Origin: Glycera tridactyla
Lineage: Eukaryota
Direction of reading: 5' to 3'
Length of the DNA stretch: 64,000 nt
Assembly (NCBI GenBank): GCA_965644265.1
Contig: OZ286461.1
Coordinates: 58,404,001 to 58,468,000, forward strand
The position numbers were made by a program, and so were the translations under genes. Each line of letters opens with the position of its first letter. The stretch's first letter is position 1. Shown here one piece after another: positions 37,201-48,310 of the stretch. A model generated the notes under the pieces. It had not been told where the DNA came from. It made no database searches and saw nothing but the letters and a program-made list of their open reading frames with translations.

Positions 37201-38385
37201 TCTTGTGATGATTATACCTGGCCTGATATTCTATTGACTTTCAATAATTTCGAATGTTCTTTTTATCATTGCCAAGATAACTTGAACAAATTAATAGGAC
37301 TTTTTCCTCATAAATCAATTGAACCAATCCGGTGAAGAATGATCATGGTTGTGCTTGGATCACAATACTAGAACTACCATATTGACTAATCGCTAGTTTC
37401 ACATGTTTTATCCTGACAAACTGTTATCAGCACACACATTAAAAATCTGCTTTATACACCCATAAACACCCCAGAGATGTATATTCAATGATCTTTATTT
37501 CAGAATATTGCCCCTTGTTGAATAGAAGGTCTTGAGTGCAATTTGTAAGGGAACATATAATGTTATAATCCTCAAGGGAATACCTCAAGATAGTGTAAAA
37601 TGCAGATTGTTTTAGGTCATCCCACTCAAAAACTGACTGTAATCTAACATAGCTAGCTATATTTTGGACATAATTCCACATTTCGACATGTTGCAGTCCA
37701 TTAAAATATGAATAATGAGGGCGATTTTCATGTCTGCTTCCAAATATATTCATGGAATACATGTAATCAGAATGGGTTATGGTTGAATTACAAAGATTAG
37801 TGGCTAAAATAAACTACAGTATGGACTTGGTACATACCAAAACCTTGCCTGTTATTCCAACATAAGTTTTAACTGCATATTGTATGCAGTGGTTATTCAT
37901 CTTGGAAGTGATACTATCAATTATTGCAATGGCTTCCTGATGTTATGAACCATCATGTATTATTCCCATCTGCACAAAATGTAGGACTGATTGCTGTGAC
38001 TTTCACTTTACTGATTTTAGTTCATGGGAATAGTCAAAAAATTTGTATTTTCAGGGCTTATTTTGCATTGAAATGTCACTAAGAGGCTGATACTCATATT
38101 TATATTAGTATTTTGACAGTATAAGCTCTTGTTTTGGATTCTACATCCCAAATTATGTAGAATGGGATGTTAAAAATGTGATTGTATCTATTTTAGTAGC
38201 TGAGATATGGTCAGTAATGGATTCAAGTGGTGGCCATCTTGGATTTCAAGATGGCCGCCATAGGACTGATCGAAAAAAATGGAACCAACTCACGTTTTGT
38301 TTCTTGAGGTATAAGGATGACAAAAAATGTTGGTTCCAACAATGTAGCAAAAAAAAAAGTTAAAATGACATAGTGGCATGTACTA
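34253..38385. mobile_element. Academ-like DNA transposon, ~4.1 kb, with decayed internal sequence
   Basis: Termini TAGTCCATGCCACTATGTC / GACATAGTGGCATGTACTA (one mismatch); 3-bp flanking duplication GTG (34250-34252 and 38386-38388); ~300-bp diverged TIRs containing ggccatcttgg...tcaagatggccgcc. The superfamily call is inferred from TA..TA termini plus a 3-bp TSD. Confidence 0.7.
35429..35605. mobile_element. TA-flanked MITE nested inside the Academ-like element
   Basis: ta|cagtctaacctgtcct...aggataggtttgactg|ta with internal aagcagccac repeats. Confidence 0.8.
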
Positions 38386-39699
38386 GTGGTCTCCTTTTTG
38401 GCACCACCATTGCTTTGTGAACAGTAGATTTTTTATGTAGGTTTTATCATGTTTATTATATACATTTTTTAGATACATATGGACACTGACACCCCTTGTT
38501 GCCTGACACGTTTTGGTTTGAAGAACTCTGGAGTCTATCATAATATATCATATCAGTTGTAGACTATACCATATCATGTAGCTGGGGCCCTTAAATTACT
38601 CACCCCAAGACGTTTCTGATCATCAATGACTAAGACTATCTGTTCCTCACGCCGGGCAGGATTATACAGGGTTTCTGCCTCCAAGACCGGGATCTGGGTA
38701 TGATGGCTGCTCAGCATTGGACCAATCATCACCTAGGCTCAGATCTATGGTCGATTTGATTATGATCTATATGTTTACATTGGTTAGTCACATAATCACT
38801 ATGTGAGTGGTTTCACTGGGCGATCTTTATTTCATATATGATTACGATTCACGATATGTGCTGGGTTTCAATTACTGGAGGAAAATCCCTTCTTGCTTTA
38901 ATATATGAGTGATTTGCTACATAGGTTCATAGTGGGGTTCATAAGTAGTGATAGTTGCTTTTGTCGCATGTTCATTCTAGTGTTACTGCAAGATATATGT
39001 TGTACGGTCTGATGTACAGTCCGTTGACAATAACTTCATATCGGAGATTTGATTCTATAGGGTATACGATGATTAGCTGGATTGGGGATTGTGGCAGTGG
39101 TTTACCTTGTGTAATCCTTCCAAAATGAAGAGCAACAAGAACCAGTCATCCGACAGGCTTGTAGGAGTATTCCCTCCTCAGACCAAGATGATGATCATGG
39201 CTCGTGATCAGATTCTAATTCAAGTTTCAATTCAAATGAACAGCAGGAAGTAAAGTGAAAGACTTGACATTCCCAGGATTTTGTCCCACTATGAATAATG
39301 GCTTCACTCCTGTGAATGTTAGTTCAGAAGTTAGACATCACAACTGTCAGACTTTACTGGTACTCACTCATGATTTTAATGCCCAATTGATATCGGATCT
39401 ATGAACACACACTTCTTTCCATGTCCATTGGTCTTAAATACCAGTACAAACGTGTAAGGAGTCATATAATTGAGATTGTAAATATATATTCATTTTGATG
39501 AGAAAAAGGTCAATGATGGATGAGACAGAGTCAACTGATGATCAATATACCCAGAGATAAACACTCATGATTATGATATAGTGACAAGTCACCATATACC
39601 GATACGTGAATATACAGTAGAGTAAATCAGATCGGATTTGTACCAAGTATCACAGAACAGATTGCTATTTTTGACCGAAAGCATGCCTTCACCTGAGCG

Positions 39700-41340
39700 G
39701 TGACCCGGTTAGTACAGACATGACATCGAGCGCTATTGTTGGGGCTGCCAACTGATGTCGATTTCCAGCTCTGCTAGGCTAGGCTGAGCTTCTGATACCA
39801 GAACACACAGAATTTGAAAAAAATAAACTGCTGTTCCTGTCTAAAACATTCATTAGAAAGTGTATTTACAGTGAAATCACTGCAAAATGTTTACCTATTG
39901 ACACAGTCGGTGCCACAGTGATAGAATTGTATTATTCAAGACACTGCATCACACCGTGCTTATGTCTGACATTTATGCAATAACTACAACACATAGGGCT
40001 ATATCGAGACGTTCGGCAGTACATTTCAAACGCTCCCCTCACTCAGTAAATCCAGCGAGTTCAAGTGTCTTTCAGACAATCTGACAGCACTCTGCGTAGC
40101 CCTGTTCCACCCATACTGGCGTACCACACCGGGAACAACACTGGAGAAACGCGGCCCAGTTCCTCGCAGTTCCACTAGTTCCACAAGGTTCCACACGTTC
40201 ACTGGAACAGCACAGGGAATTCACAGAAATGCCACAGACGGTATAAAAATGGAGAATAGCTGATAAATGCAAGAGGCATGGGGCATTTCAAGGGCAACAA
40301 AATTAAGCATCCACAATTATCCAAAACACAGTTTTCACAACCACGTATGCTTGAAAATGAGTATTATCAATGCAAAGCATGGAAAATCTGGCGGCATGTT
40401 ATGGCATGATGCTAAAATGGCCTGAGGACTAAAATGTTACAGAGCTCCTAAAATATGCATCCTATCAGCTCCTACATAAACTAACAAGCTCAATCACTGA
40501 CTTACTCTGTAAGCGGAGGTCTTAGCTGCAAATCTTATGAGGGAAGCATCATCATATCCAGCGCAGCGATGTTGGATGCGATCTATGGCTATCCCCTTCC
40601 TCACATCTGTGCACTCTCTCCAGGGTAGAATCTTCAAGTGCTGATTTCTCGGCTGTGAAGGGTTTTATTAAGCTTACCTTGGAGAGGCAGGCAGGTATGC
40701 TGACATGGGCGGGAATGTTAATGTCAACCCCCCAAACCAGAATGCTTCGTATAGACATGCTTTTCCAGCTTAACGGATTGATTTCAGTCAGATTTCTAAG
40801 ACAAGTATGTCACTTTCCAGAGTGGAATCTCTGACTAGACTCTGCGCAATCCGCCACAGGGATACGTTCAGGGAACCTCACAAGAGACAAAATGAGACAA
40901 AGTCTGGCCTCGGAATGATCCAAAAGTCGGCGTAACTTTTCACCGACTAAAGATACATTCTCCTAACTTGTGATATAGTTTGACCCGGATATCACAGATG
41001 AGGTATAAACTTTTGGACGTCCTAACTTCATTTTTGAAGAAATGGCGCCTATCTAACAGGTTTCACCTAGATCCATGACAAGCAGGGCTCAAACCGAGTT
41101 CGCGTCTTTAGAGGTGCATACCTCGATCGCTAGTTGCCATAACAACGTATTATTTGAAATACTTTAACATTTAGATGGAAATAAATACATCACACAGAAA
41201 TATGGCTATCTATATGTGATTAAACGTGTTCTTCACCCATCTAACAAGTTTATTCCACAATCTTGGGACTGAAAAATAGTACCGAGTGCCTCAAAAGGAA
41301 ATCCGCGGATTTCACTTAATGGAATCCCTATCATTCTCAT
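39700..41340 (-). repeat. Right arm of the ~1.6-kb diverged inverted repeat (partner 28861-30475)
   Basis: Co-linear inverted similarity along the whole arm, e.g. gaaatccgcgg (~41300) versus gaaattcgcgg (~28890). Confidence 0.75.
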
Positions 41341-42185
41341 ACTAGTTTTTAATAACACGCGTGGATGTCAGTTTGTAGTGTTACACTTAGATCAATGATC
41401 ATTACAGATTGACGTTACGAATAGGGACCCAATTCTTATTCTCCACAATGTGCCTCAATTCTTATCGTCCACAACGTAATTTTCAGATCTATTTCGTTCA
41501 GTCCGAATTGCTTTTTTCATGTGGTTTTGCTCTTATGCACAACAATTTGAGCACTTACTCTCAGTTAGTTGATATGTTTCATGGATATCTGGATGTAGAC
41601 AGCCCGATCCCGGGTCACTCAGCAGTATTCACTGAATGGTTCTTACAAATCACTCTGGTAGTCATACTCCACACAATCTGCTTTGGCAGTCAGTTTTTTT
41701 TATATTAATATATGAATATATACTTAGAGATTCATAATATCATATTTTTATCTTTTGATACTTCACAATGAGACGCTGAATATATACATATATGCACGAA
41801 TTTCACTTGCAGTACGGGTAAACGCTGATGCCAGTCACAAGTTTAACGCCCCCCATAATGATATATTCAGACATAGAGGGAGTGTGTTTTTTCGAGCGAC
41901 AGTGCTCTACAGAAGATTTGGCAATTTTTCACATTCCTAAACGGATATATGTCTCCATACCCCTGACATTTTACCTGCTCTATGTGTTCTCAGGTTGTTA
42001 ATCATATGATTTGGGATATGCGTTGTGTTTTACATAGGATCATTTTGATCCCTGATAGGGGGTACATGTTCCCTACACCGGGAGTACATATTCCCCAGGT
42101 GGGTAGCTTAGGCATATCTGATGTCAGTGGAATCAGCTCCTTTCCTCTGGTGCTCGGGCTCTAGGTATCTTTGGTGGATCAAATA

Positions 42186-42222
42186 CCACCTGATGAGGAC
42201 GCAGTCCAAAAAAGCTTCGTGG
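42186..42222 (+). ncRNA. Degenerate minimal type I hammerhead-ribozyme motif
   Basis: CCAC-CTGATGA-GGAC-gca-GTCC-AAAAAA-GCTTC-GTGG: stem I CCAC/GTGG, intact CUGAUGA, perfect stem II, palindromic AAGCTT stem III; GAAA is mutated to an A-run. Confidence 0.55.
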
Positions 42223-42394
42223 ATTCTCCCTGAGTCTGAGCTTTTCTTAAATATATTAATCTAGTACCTGGTGTGTCATGTATCGCTCCTGTCTGCATGT
42301 TCTCTACATGTCCATTTGCCTACTGATGATGTAACCAGAGGAATAAATCGTCTACTTTGGAGTATGTGATTCGTTGGGTCTTCTTCCTCTACAC

Positions 42395-42470
42395 AATAAT
42401 AATAATAATAATAATAATAATCATGATAATAATGATAATAATAATGATAGTAATAATAATAATAATAACA
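42395..42470. repeat. (AAT)n microsatellite
   Basis: Directly visible. Confidence 0.95.
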
Positions 42471-42814
42471 ATGAAGAGGATGTTTGTCAGTATTCTGAGT
42501 AGATTGAAGAGAGATTAGCTAATTTTGGAGGATAAGTCTTTCTCCGCTCAATTGCTTCGAAGAATTATTGTACCCCCAAGATCCATATCCCAGGGTATCA
42601 CTTTCGACCAATTTTGTATATCACTGATTCAAGTGTATATAATACTGCGAGAGAACGTGCATACCCATTACATCCCTTGTTTAGAAACACATCCACTATA
42701 CCAAACACCCCCAAGAAATGGCCATGGGACTAGCTATAGTCCACATATGGAATGGAGACACCTGCAACTCACCAGAAAAAACCCACTAGATATAGTGAAA
42801 AACAGTCTAGGAAA

Positions 42815-43420
42815 GGTTACCAAACAGAGAGAAGAATTGAATGTGAATGACATAATACCTCTACAACAGTTTACAGTGGTTACCAAATAGAGAGAGAGGA
42901 ATTGAATGTGAATGACATAATACCTCTACAACAGTTTACAGTGGTTACCAAATAGAGAGAGGAATTGAATGTGAATGATATAATACCTCTACAACAGTTT
43001 ACAGTGGTTACCAAACAGAGAGAGGAATTGAATGTGAATGATATAATACCTCTACAACAGTTTACAGTGGTTACCAAATAGAGAGAGGAATTGAATGTGA
43101 ATGATATAATACCTCTACAACAGTTTACAGTGGTTACCAAATAGAGAGAGGAATTGAATGTGAATGATATAATACCTCTACAACAGTTTACAGTGGTTAC
43201 CAAATAGAGAGAGGAATTGAGTGTGAATGATATAATACCTCTACAACAGTTCATAAAGGTTATCAAACAGAGAGAGGAATTGAATGTGAATGATATAATA
43301 CCTCTACAACAGTTCACAGTGGTTACCAAATAGAGAGAGGAATTGAATGTGAATGATATAATACCTCTACAACAGTTTACAGTGGTTACCAAATAGAGAG
43401 AGGAATTGAATGTGAATGAT
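42815..43420. repeat. 63-bp minisatellite, ~9.6 near-identical copies
   Basis: Unit GGTTACCAAATAGAGAGAGGAATTGAATGTGAATGATATAATACCTCTACAACAGTTTACAGT. Confidence 0.95.
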
Positions 43421-43499
43421 TTGATACTTCTGATCAGGAAGAAGGGGATGGGTCAGTATAAGTACGCTTGTAGAGACAGACGTTAGTCATCTACTAGAT

Positions 43500-44330
43500 C
43501 CCTTGCAGAAACCGCCGGAATACATTGGAGAGACGGGATGCCAAGTAAGACATCAGAACGAGACTGGTAGCCCTCACGGGAGACACAAGAGGCATCTCGG
43601 TGAATGAATTACAAACAAGTGCCATCACAGACTGGGTCCAACAACACAATCATATGATAGACTGAAAGGGGAAAAAAAAATGAAATGTCAAGGTTTTAGG
43701 TCCACTTTCTGCACTTGAGTACGCTAAATCAGACCACCTGCCAAGGAAGAGCGAAGATGAAGGGTGAAACATTCCTGCATGGTAGGACCGGGGATTGAAC
43801 CCCAGACCCATTGCAAGCGGGCCCAGCATGCTACCACTGGAGCAGGGATCGTAGATAAAGAAACCGACGAATACCATAGATCGATAAGAGAAGCGATTTG
43901 GATGAAGAATGTTATGTACTCTTGTATGACTGTGTGTTTTGTACGATGTTTGAAAATGTTCAAAGAATTGAACTTACAAGAGTGTTGCACTGTTATATGA
44001 CACTATTGAAGAGATGCATTGGGATTATTGCCACGCTGTTGCAGAACATCACATAATGTGAGCAGCAACAGAATTTGTTTCTGCGTGAATAAAGATATGT
44101 CATTATCATTATTATTAGGATATTGCACCAACTTTGAACCAAGATAAGGTGCCCTGCAACTTGATTCACGTATGACTGGGTCTCGAACCAACGACACCAC
44201 TTGGCTTGTTTGTTTGAGGTTTAACGGCATGTATCAACCCAACGTGGAAGTAGCTGACGGTACAGACACACCCCTAACTTTGAAAATGAAAACAATGGAC
44301 CTGAAGATGGCATATGTAAATATGTATCAA
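43500..44330 (+). mobile_element. Decayed Penelope-like element 3' end (GIY-YIG endonuclease region), interrupted by a SINE
   Basis: Frame-shifted motifs EYIGETG, SAITDWVQQHNHMID, AGIVDKETDEYHRSIREAIWMK and PTLNQD. Confidence 0.7.
43672..43843 (-). mobile_element. tRNA-derived SINE
   Basis: The minus strand reads GCTCCAGTGGTAGCATGCTGGGCCCGC...GGGTTCAATCCCCGGTCC (pol III A- and B-box-like), then a unique body and a T-rich tail. Confidence 0.7.
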
Positions 44331-45895
44331 GCCTCATAGCTATGTTTTTTTTTGCAAAGCGCAGTGATCAATTTCTCTCATGGGGGGGGGGGGGGGTGAA
44401 ATAATACCTTCGAAATTATCTATGTTCTGTCTTTAGGCATTTCATTCCAAAATTACACTATCACCTGATTTATTTTCTTCACCTCTTTCCTTTCCCTCTG
44501 AGCTCTTTCTCATTTCCTCAGTAAAATGGTCTGGGTGTAGGTGGCCGACGGTCTGCCCGTGACATTGTTGTCACCATACAAAATGCAGGTACCAGGCACA
44601 TCAGTTCTGACTTACTAGGGCTGCGACTAGGTTCAGTAGGTTGTGTGGTGGCATTGTACTGCAAGCATAGGGCAACCATCATTGTGAAGCTGGCTGCGAG
44701 TTAACAGTTCGTGATTGAACACCACCCGGCATATAAGATCTGATGATAGCTCCCAATGACAACCGATAAGATACCTATATTCCTCTCCATATGGACCCTC
44801 AAGTCATGTCTTGTGAAACGTGATCTCTGAATGAACTTGAGCTGGTTAGGATGGCTCTTCAAGCACCCCAGCCTCAGAATCTAAAATGGAAGCAAACCGG
44901 AATATCAAGTGAGCTTACAAGGGCTCAGCATTGGACAGAGACAACTATTTCAAGTGGGCTACCGTAAGCCAAGTTTGAACAACAACGGACAGACTTGATA
45001 TACGGAATAACCAGAGAGTTACTGACTCAGTCCCCAAGGGAAGCAAGAAAAATCAACATCAAAACTGATCCATTTGACCTCACGCTCGCCTGAAGCAATT
45101 TTCAATGAGTCTGATGTCAAATAGTTTAAATGATGAGAAGTTGCAGTTGGATGGGACAGAGATGAGCCCAAGGGTGGCATCCCGCCTGGCAAACATTCTG
45201 ATGTCTGAATATGAAGAGAATCCCATCATTCCAAAATAATCAGGCCATTATCTCAAGTAATTCCACCACTCAAGTCATCCATGCTGAATTTGATTGAATG
45301 ATGGCTTATATTTCAGGACTTTGTATTAGTTATATCTTTTCTCGGGTACCTCACATTTCCGTTAGTGGTAAGGATCAAGATTAGGCAATCATTAATCTGT
45401 GCTGTTTTCTCAAATTACAGGACATATCCCCAGTACCACTCAGTGATTTAGTACCTTTCATTTCAGTGCTGTCATTATATTATTTTCATTTCTTTTCACA
45501 GGTTACCCCCTCCGGTAGCGTGACACCTTTCAGTTTAGGGCAATTATTGAGTTTTTATTCTACACTGCCCTTTGTGTTATGACACCTGTTGGTTCTCGGG
45601 TGAGATTATCATTTTATATTCACCTCTATTTCAGTGTGTCACACATTGTCTTTTGGAGGTTTGACATCTCATATTTCGAGGCTAATTTGTTACCTGATTC
45701 TATCACCGGGTATTCCCCATTGTCCCTGGTAGTATGGGACCGTACAGTTCAAGACCATCTATAATTTGTGCTACAATTCTTTCACCTGGTATCTCACAAT
45801 GTCTTCTGGCTAGCTATTCGTACACCAAAGTCCTTGCTTGGTGAGATTTGTACTCCGGGAAATATATAATCTATGATATATACTTATGTTACAGG

Positions 45896-46033
45896 ATGTC
45901 TAACAGTGCCCTCCCCGTTTTGATATTCGCGGCCATGGTCTACAGTGCGCATGCGTTCAGCAGACCGGATCTTGCGTACGTGCCAAACCCAGTCGATCGA
46001 TGCCTCGTTCTCTGTAACAACTGCTTTGCCAAG
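45896..46033 (+). CDS. Six-cysteine secreted peptide precursor (eclosion-hormone-like), coding exon 1
   Basis: ttacag|G ATG...GCC AAG|gtagca; MSNSALPVLIFAAMVYSAHA (signal peptide) FSRPDLAYVPNPVDRCLVLCNNCFAK, containing C-x3-C-x2-C; phase 0. Confidence 0.8.
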
Positions 46034-46035
46034 GT

Positions 46036-46410
46036 AGCAACCACCAGCACCAGCACCAGCACCACTATGACCACACCACCACCACTACAACATCAACAAC
46101 GACAATATCCATTACTGCTACTACTGCTGTTGCTGCTATCACTACTACAACTATGAGTACTACTGGTAGTAGTTGTAGTACTTATTGTTGATGTAGTTGT
46201 CAAAGTATTAGTAGTTATAGAGGAAGTAGCTGTAGTAGCAATAGTATTGTTGGTATGGGTAGTAGTGGTCGTAGATGCAGCAGCAGCCGCAGCAGCCGCA
46301 GCAGTAGTATTTACATTGCTAATAATATTATTATCAGTAGTAGTAGCAGTAGTAGTGGTAGCAGCAGCAGCAGCAGCATCAGTATTATCATTATCATCAT
46401 TATTATTATT
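46036..46410. repeat. Compound trinucleotide tract (CCA/CAG/CTA/TAG/TTA)
   Basis: Directly visible; it begins right after the donor site. Confidence 0.9.
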
Positions 46411-46502
46411 GTGTGTGGCGTACGTAAGGACACGTGCTTCACGGGGGAGGTATGACCGTGATATGAAAGTCACCGTGTTCTTTCAAAGCGCTGAGCATGC
46501 GG

Positions 46503-46526
46503 TGACGTCACAGCATTGTGACGTCA
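46503..46526. promoter_or_regulatory. Two perfect CRE palindromes (TGACGTCA) 8 bp apart
   Basis: TGACGTCA at 46503-46510 and 46519-46526; function not shown. Confidence 0.3.
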
Positions 46527-47179
46527 TAGAAGGCCACCCAAACAAATCCCATATAAGGAGAGACCCCAACTCTCTCTTTATGGGCATGTTTGAAAGACAT
46601 TGAACCATATTTATGGACCAGCCCTCCCTCACTGTGGTCTTCCAAAAAGGACAGTACAGTGAAAATGCACCACAGTTTCGGGGATGCCAGTCCCCTCATC
46701 AGATTCCAATTCCCCTCTTCAAAAGAGTGAGCATGGCATGCAGTAATTGGTTTTTTTGTGCACCCTGGTGTGCCACAGGAAATCGTGTTCTCAGAGCACT
46801 GGTTTTCTTGTTTGAAATCTGGTTGCAATAACCAAAAAATTCTGACCAATTAGGTTGTCCCTCATGGCGACTATAGAATTCATCAATAAAACTGAATTGA
46901 ATTCTATGGATGGTCCCCCAACTCCTAAGTCTGGGGAGTACAAATTTGGTTGGGTATCCCAACATGAAAAGTTTCACTTCACGATTGGTAGGCCCATGTA
47001 ATTCGGTGCTAGACAGGTCAGAGATCTGGCTCAAGGATCATCCAAGATACTGGTTCTTGAATGGGGGATTTTTTGTGAAGCACTGGAGTCTTGAGCTGTT
47101 GTAGGGGAGCCAAAGAAAGAGTGATTATGTTGATGTGAGGCAACTCCTGTCCCACACACGGTTTTCAGGCTGATGGTAC

Positions 47180-48310
47180 AAGTTAATCCTGATGGGGTTC
47201 ACTAGGTTTTACCTCGTTCCTGACATAGCGGGAGGTACATCTACCACTGTCCCTGGTGAATTTAGGTTTTGGGGCCATGTCCCAGCTGTTCATACCAAAA
47301 GGGAGCATGATTTTCAACTCCTGCATCCAGTCAAATTTGACCTGGAGGCGGATGTCTCTTGAATAGGCTGCTTTGGACAGTGTGTATATGAAATCTAGGA
47401 TGGTGATAGACACGTCCGACTTCCCGGCATCGCCAGCGGAGTTGAAGTGTCTACCAATATCCTTGCTCATATCCCATCTATGCACGATTGTGAAGTGACC
47501 TTTGAATCGATCGATCAATGTCCCACCCGTTTGACCTACATACTGTTTCTTGCAGTGAGTGCAGGTGACGCAGTACACCAGGTTTGTGCTTTTGCAAGTC
47601 ACATTCTTCTTGCACTTGTATGATTTCCCAGTTCAAGTGCTGGTGATGGTTCTTGTCTTGTTGATCTTCGGGCAGTACTGGCAGTCTTTCGTATTGCATT
47701 AATTGATGGTAGAGGAGCAAGGTATCTCCCTGCTCCTCTGCTGGCTGGTCGTTGGCATCTTGGCACTTACCAGAAGGTCCCTTAAGCTCTTCGGGCGTCA
47801 ATGTCCAAAGATCGGCTTCCTTTCTGCCAGGTGTCTGGTGGCTGTGGATCTCCAACACTCCCCAGTGTCGTTCCATCGTTTCCCTACGTATGTTCTTTCC
47901 TGGATGGTAGTCCATGACAAGGCAGACTGGATCTTCATCTTCTACTTTTTCGTGTACTGTTCTAGCCTGCATGAAGGGAATATCTCTCGCTCTCATGTAG
48001 GCTTCATCCAGGAGAGAACATGGATATTCTCTGCGTAAGAAGTGGGCTTCATCGTGATGCAATGTGACTGAAAGTCCTCCAACTTACTGCAGATTCTCCT
48101 GACCGATAAGAACTGACTGTATGGGAGACCCATCTTACAGTGGCTGGGATGTGCCGAATTGTAATGCAAATAGTTGTGACTATCTGTGAGTTTGACATGT
48201 AATCCTTCGAACCGAGAGCCAAAATGTTTACTTGGAAAATATTCTTATAAAGACCCTTTGCATTCCTGATAGATTCCCTGGTCTCAAGGAACAGCGATGA
48301 AATCCTTACG
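47180..48310 (-). mobile_element. Penelope-like retroelement, 3' half (RT thumb + GIY-YIG), decayed
   Basis: LHVKLTDSHNYLHYNSAHPSHCKMGLPYSQFLSVRRICS; then NVTCKSTNLVYCVTCTHCKKQYVGQTGGTLIDRFKGH...IGRHFNS...WMQELKIMLPFGMN. Confidence 0.9.

Noticed and set aside
42880-43392. 170-aa repetitive ORF (VTTVNCCRGIISFTFNSSLYL)n
   Set aside because: Consequence of a 63-bp tandem unit; no signal peptide, splice or codon evidence.
43790-43843. tRNA gene
   Set aside because: It has A- and B-box-like motifs but no complete acceptor stem or cloverleaf, and it continues into a SINE body and tail.
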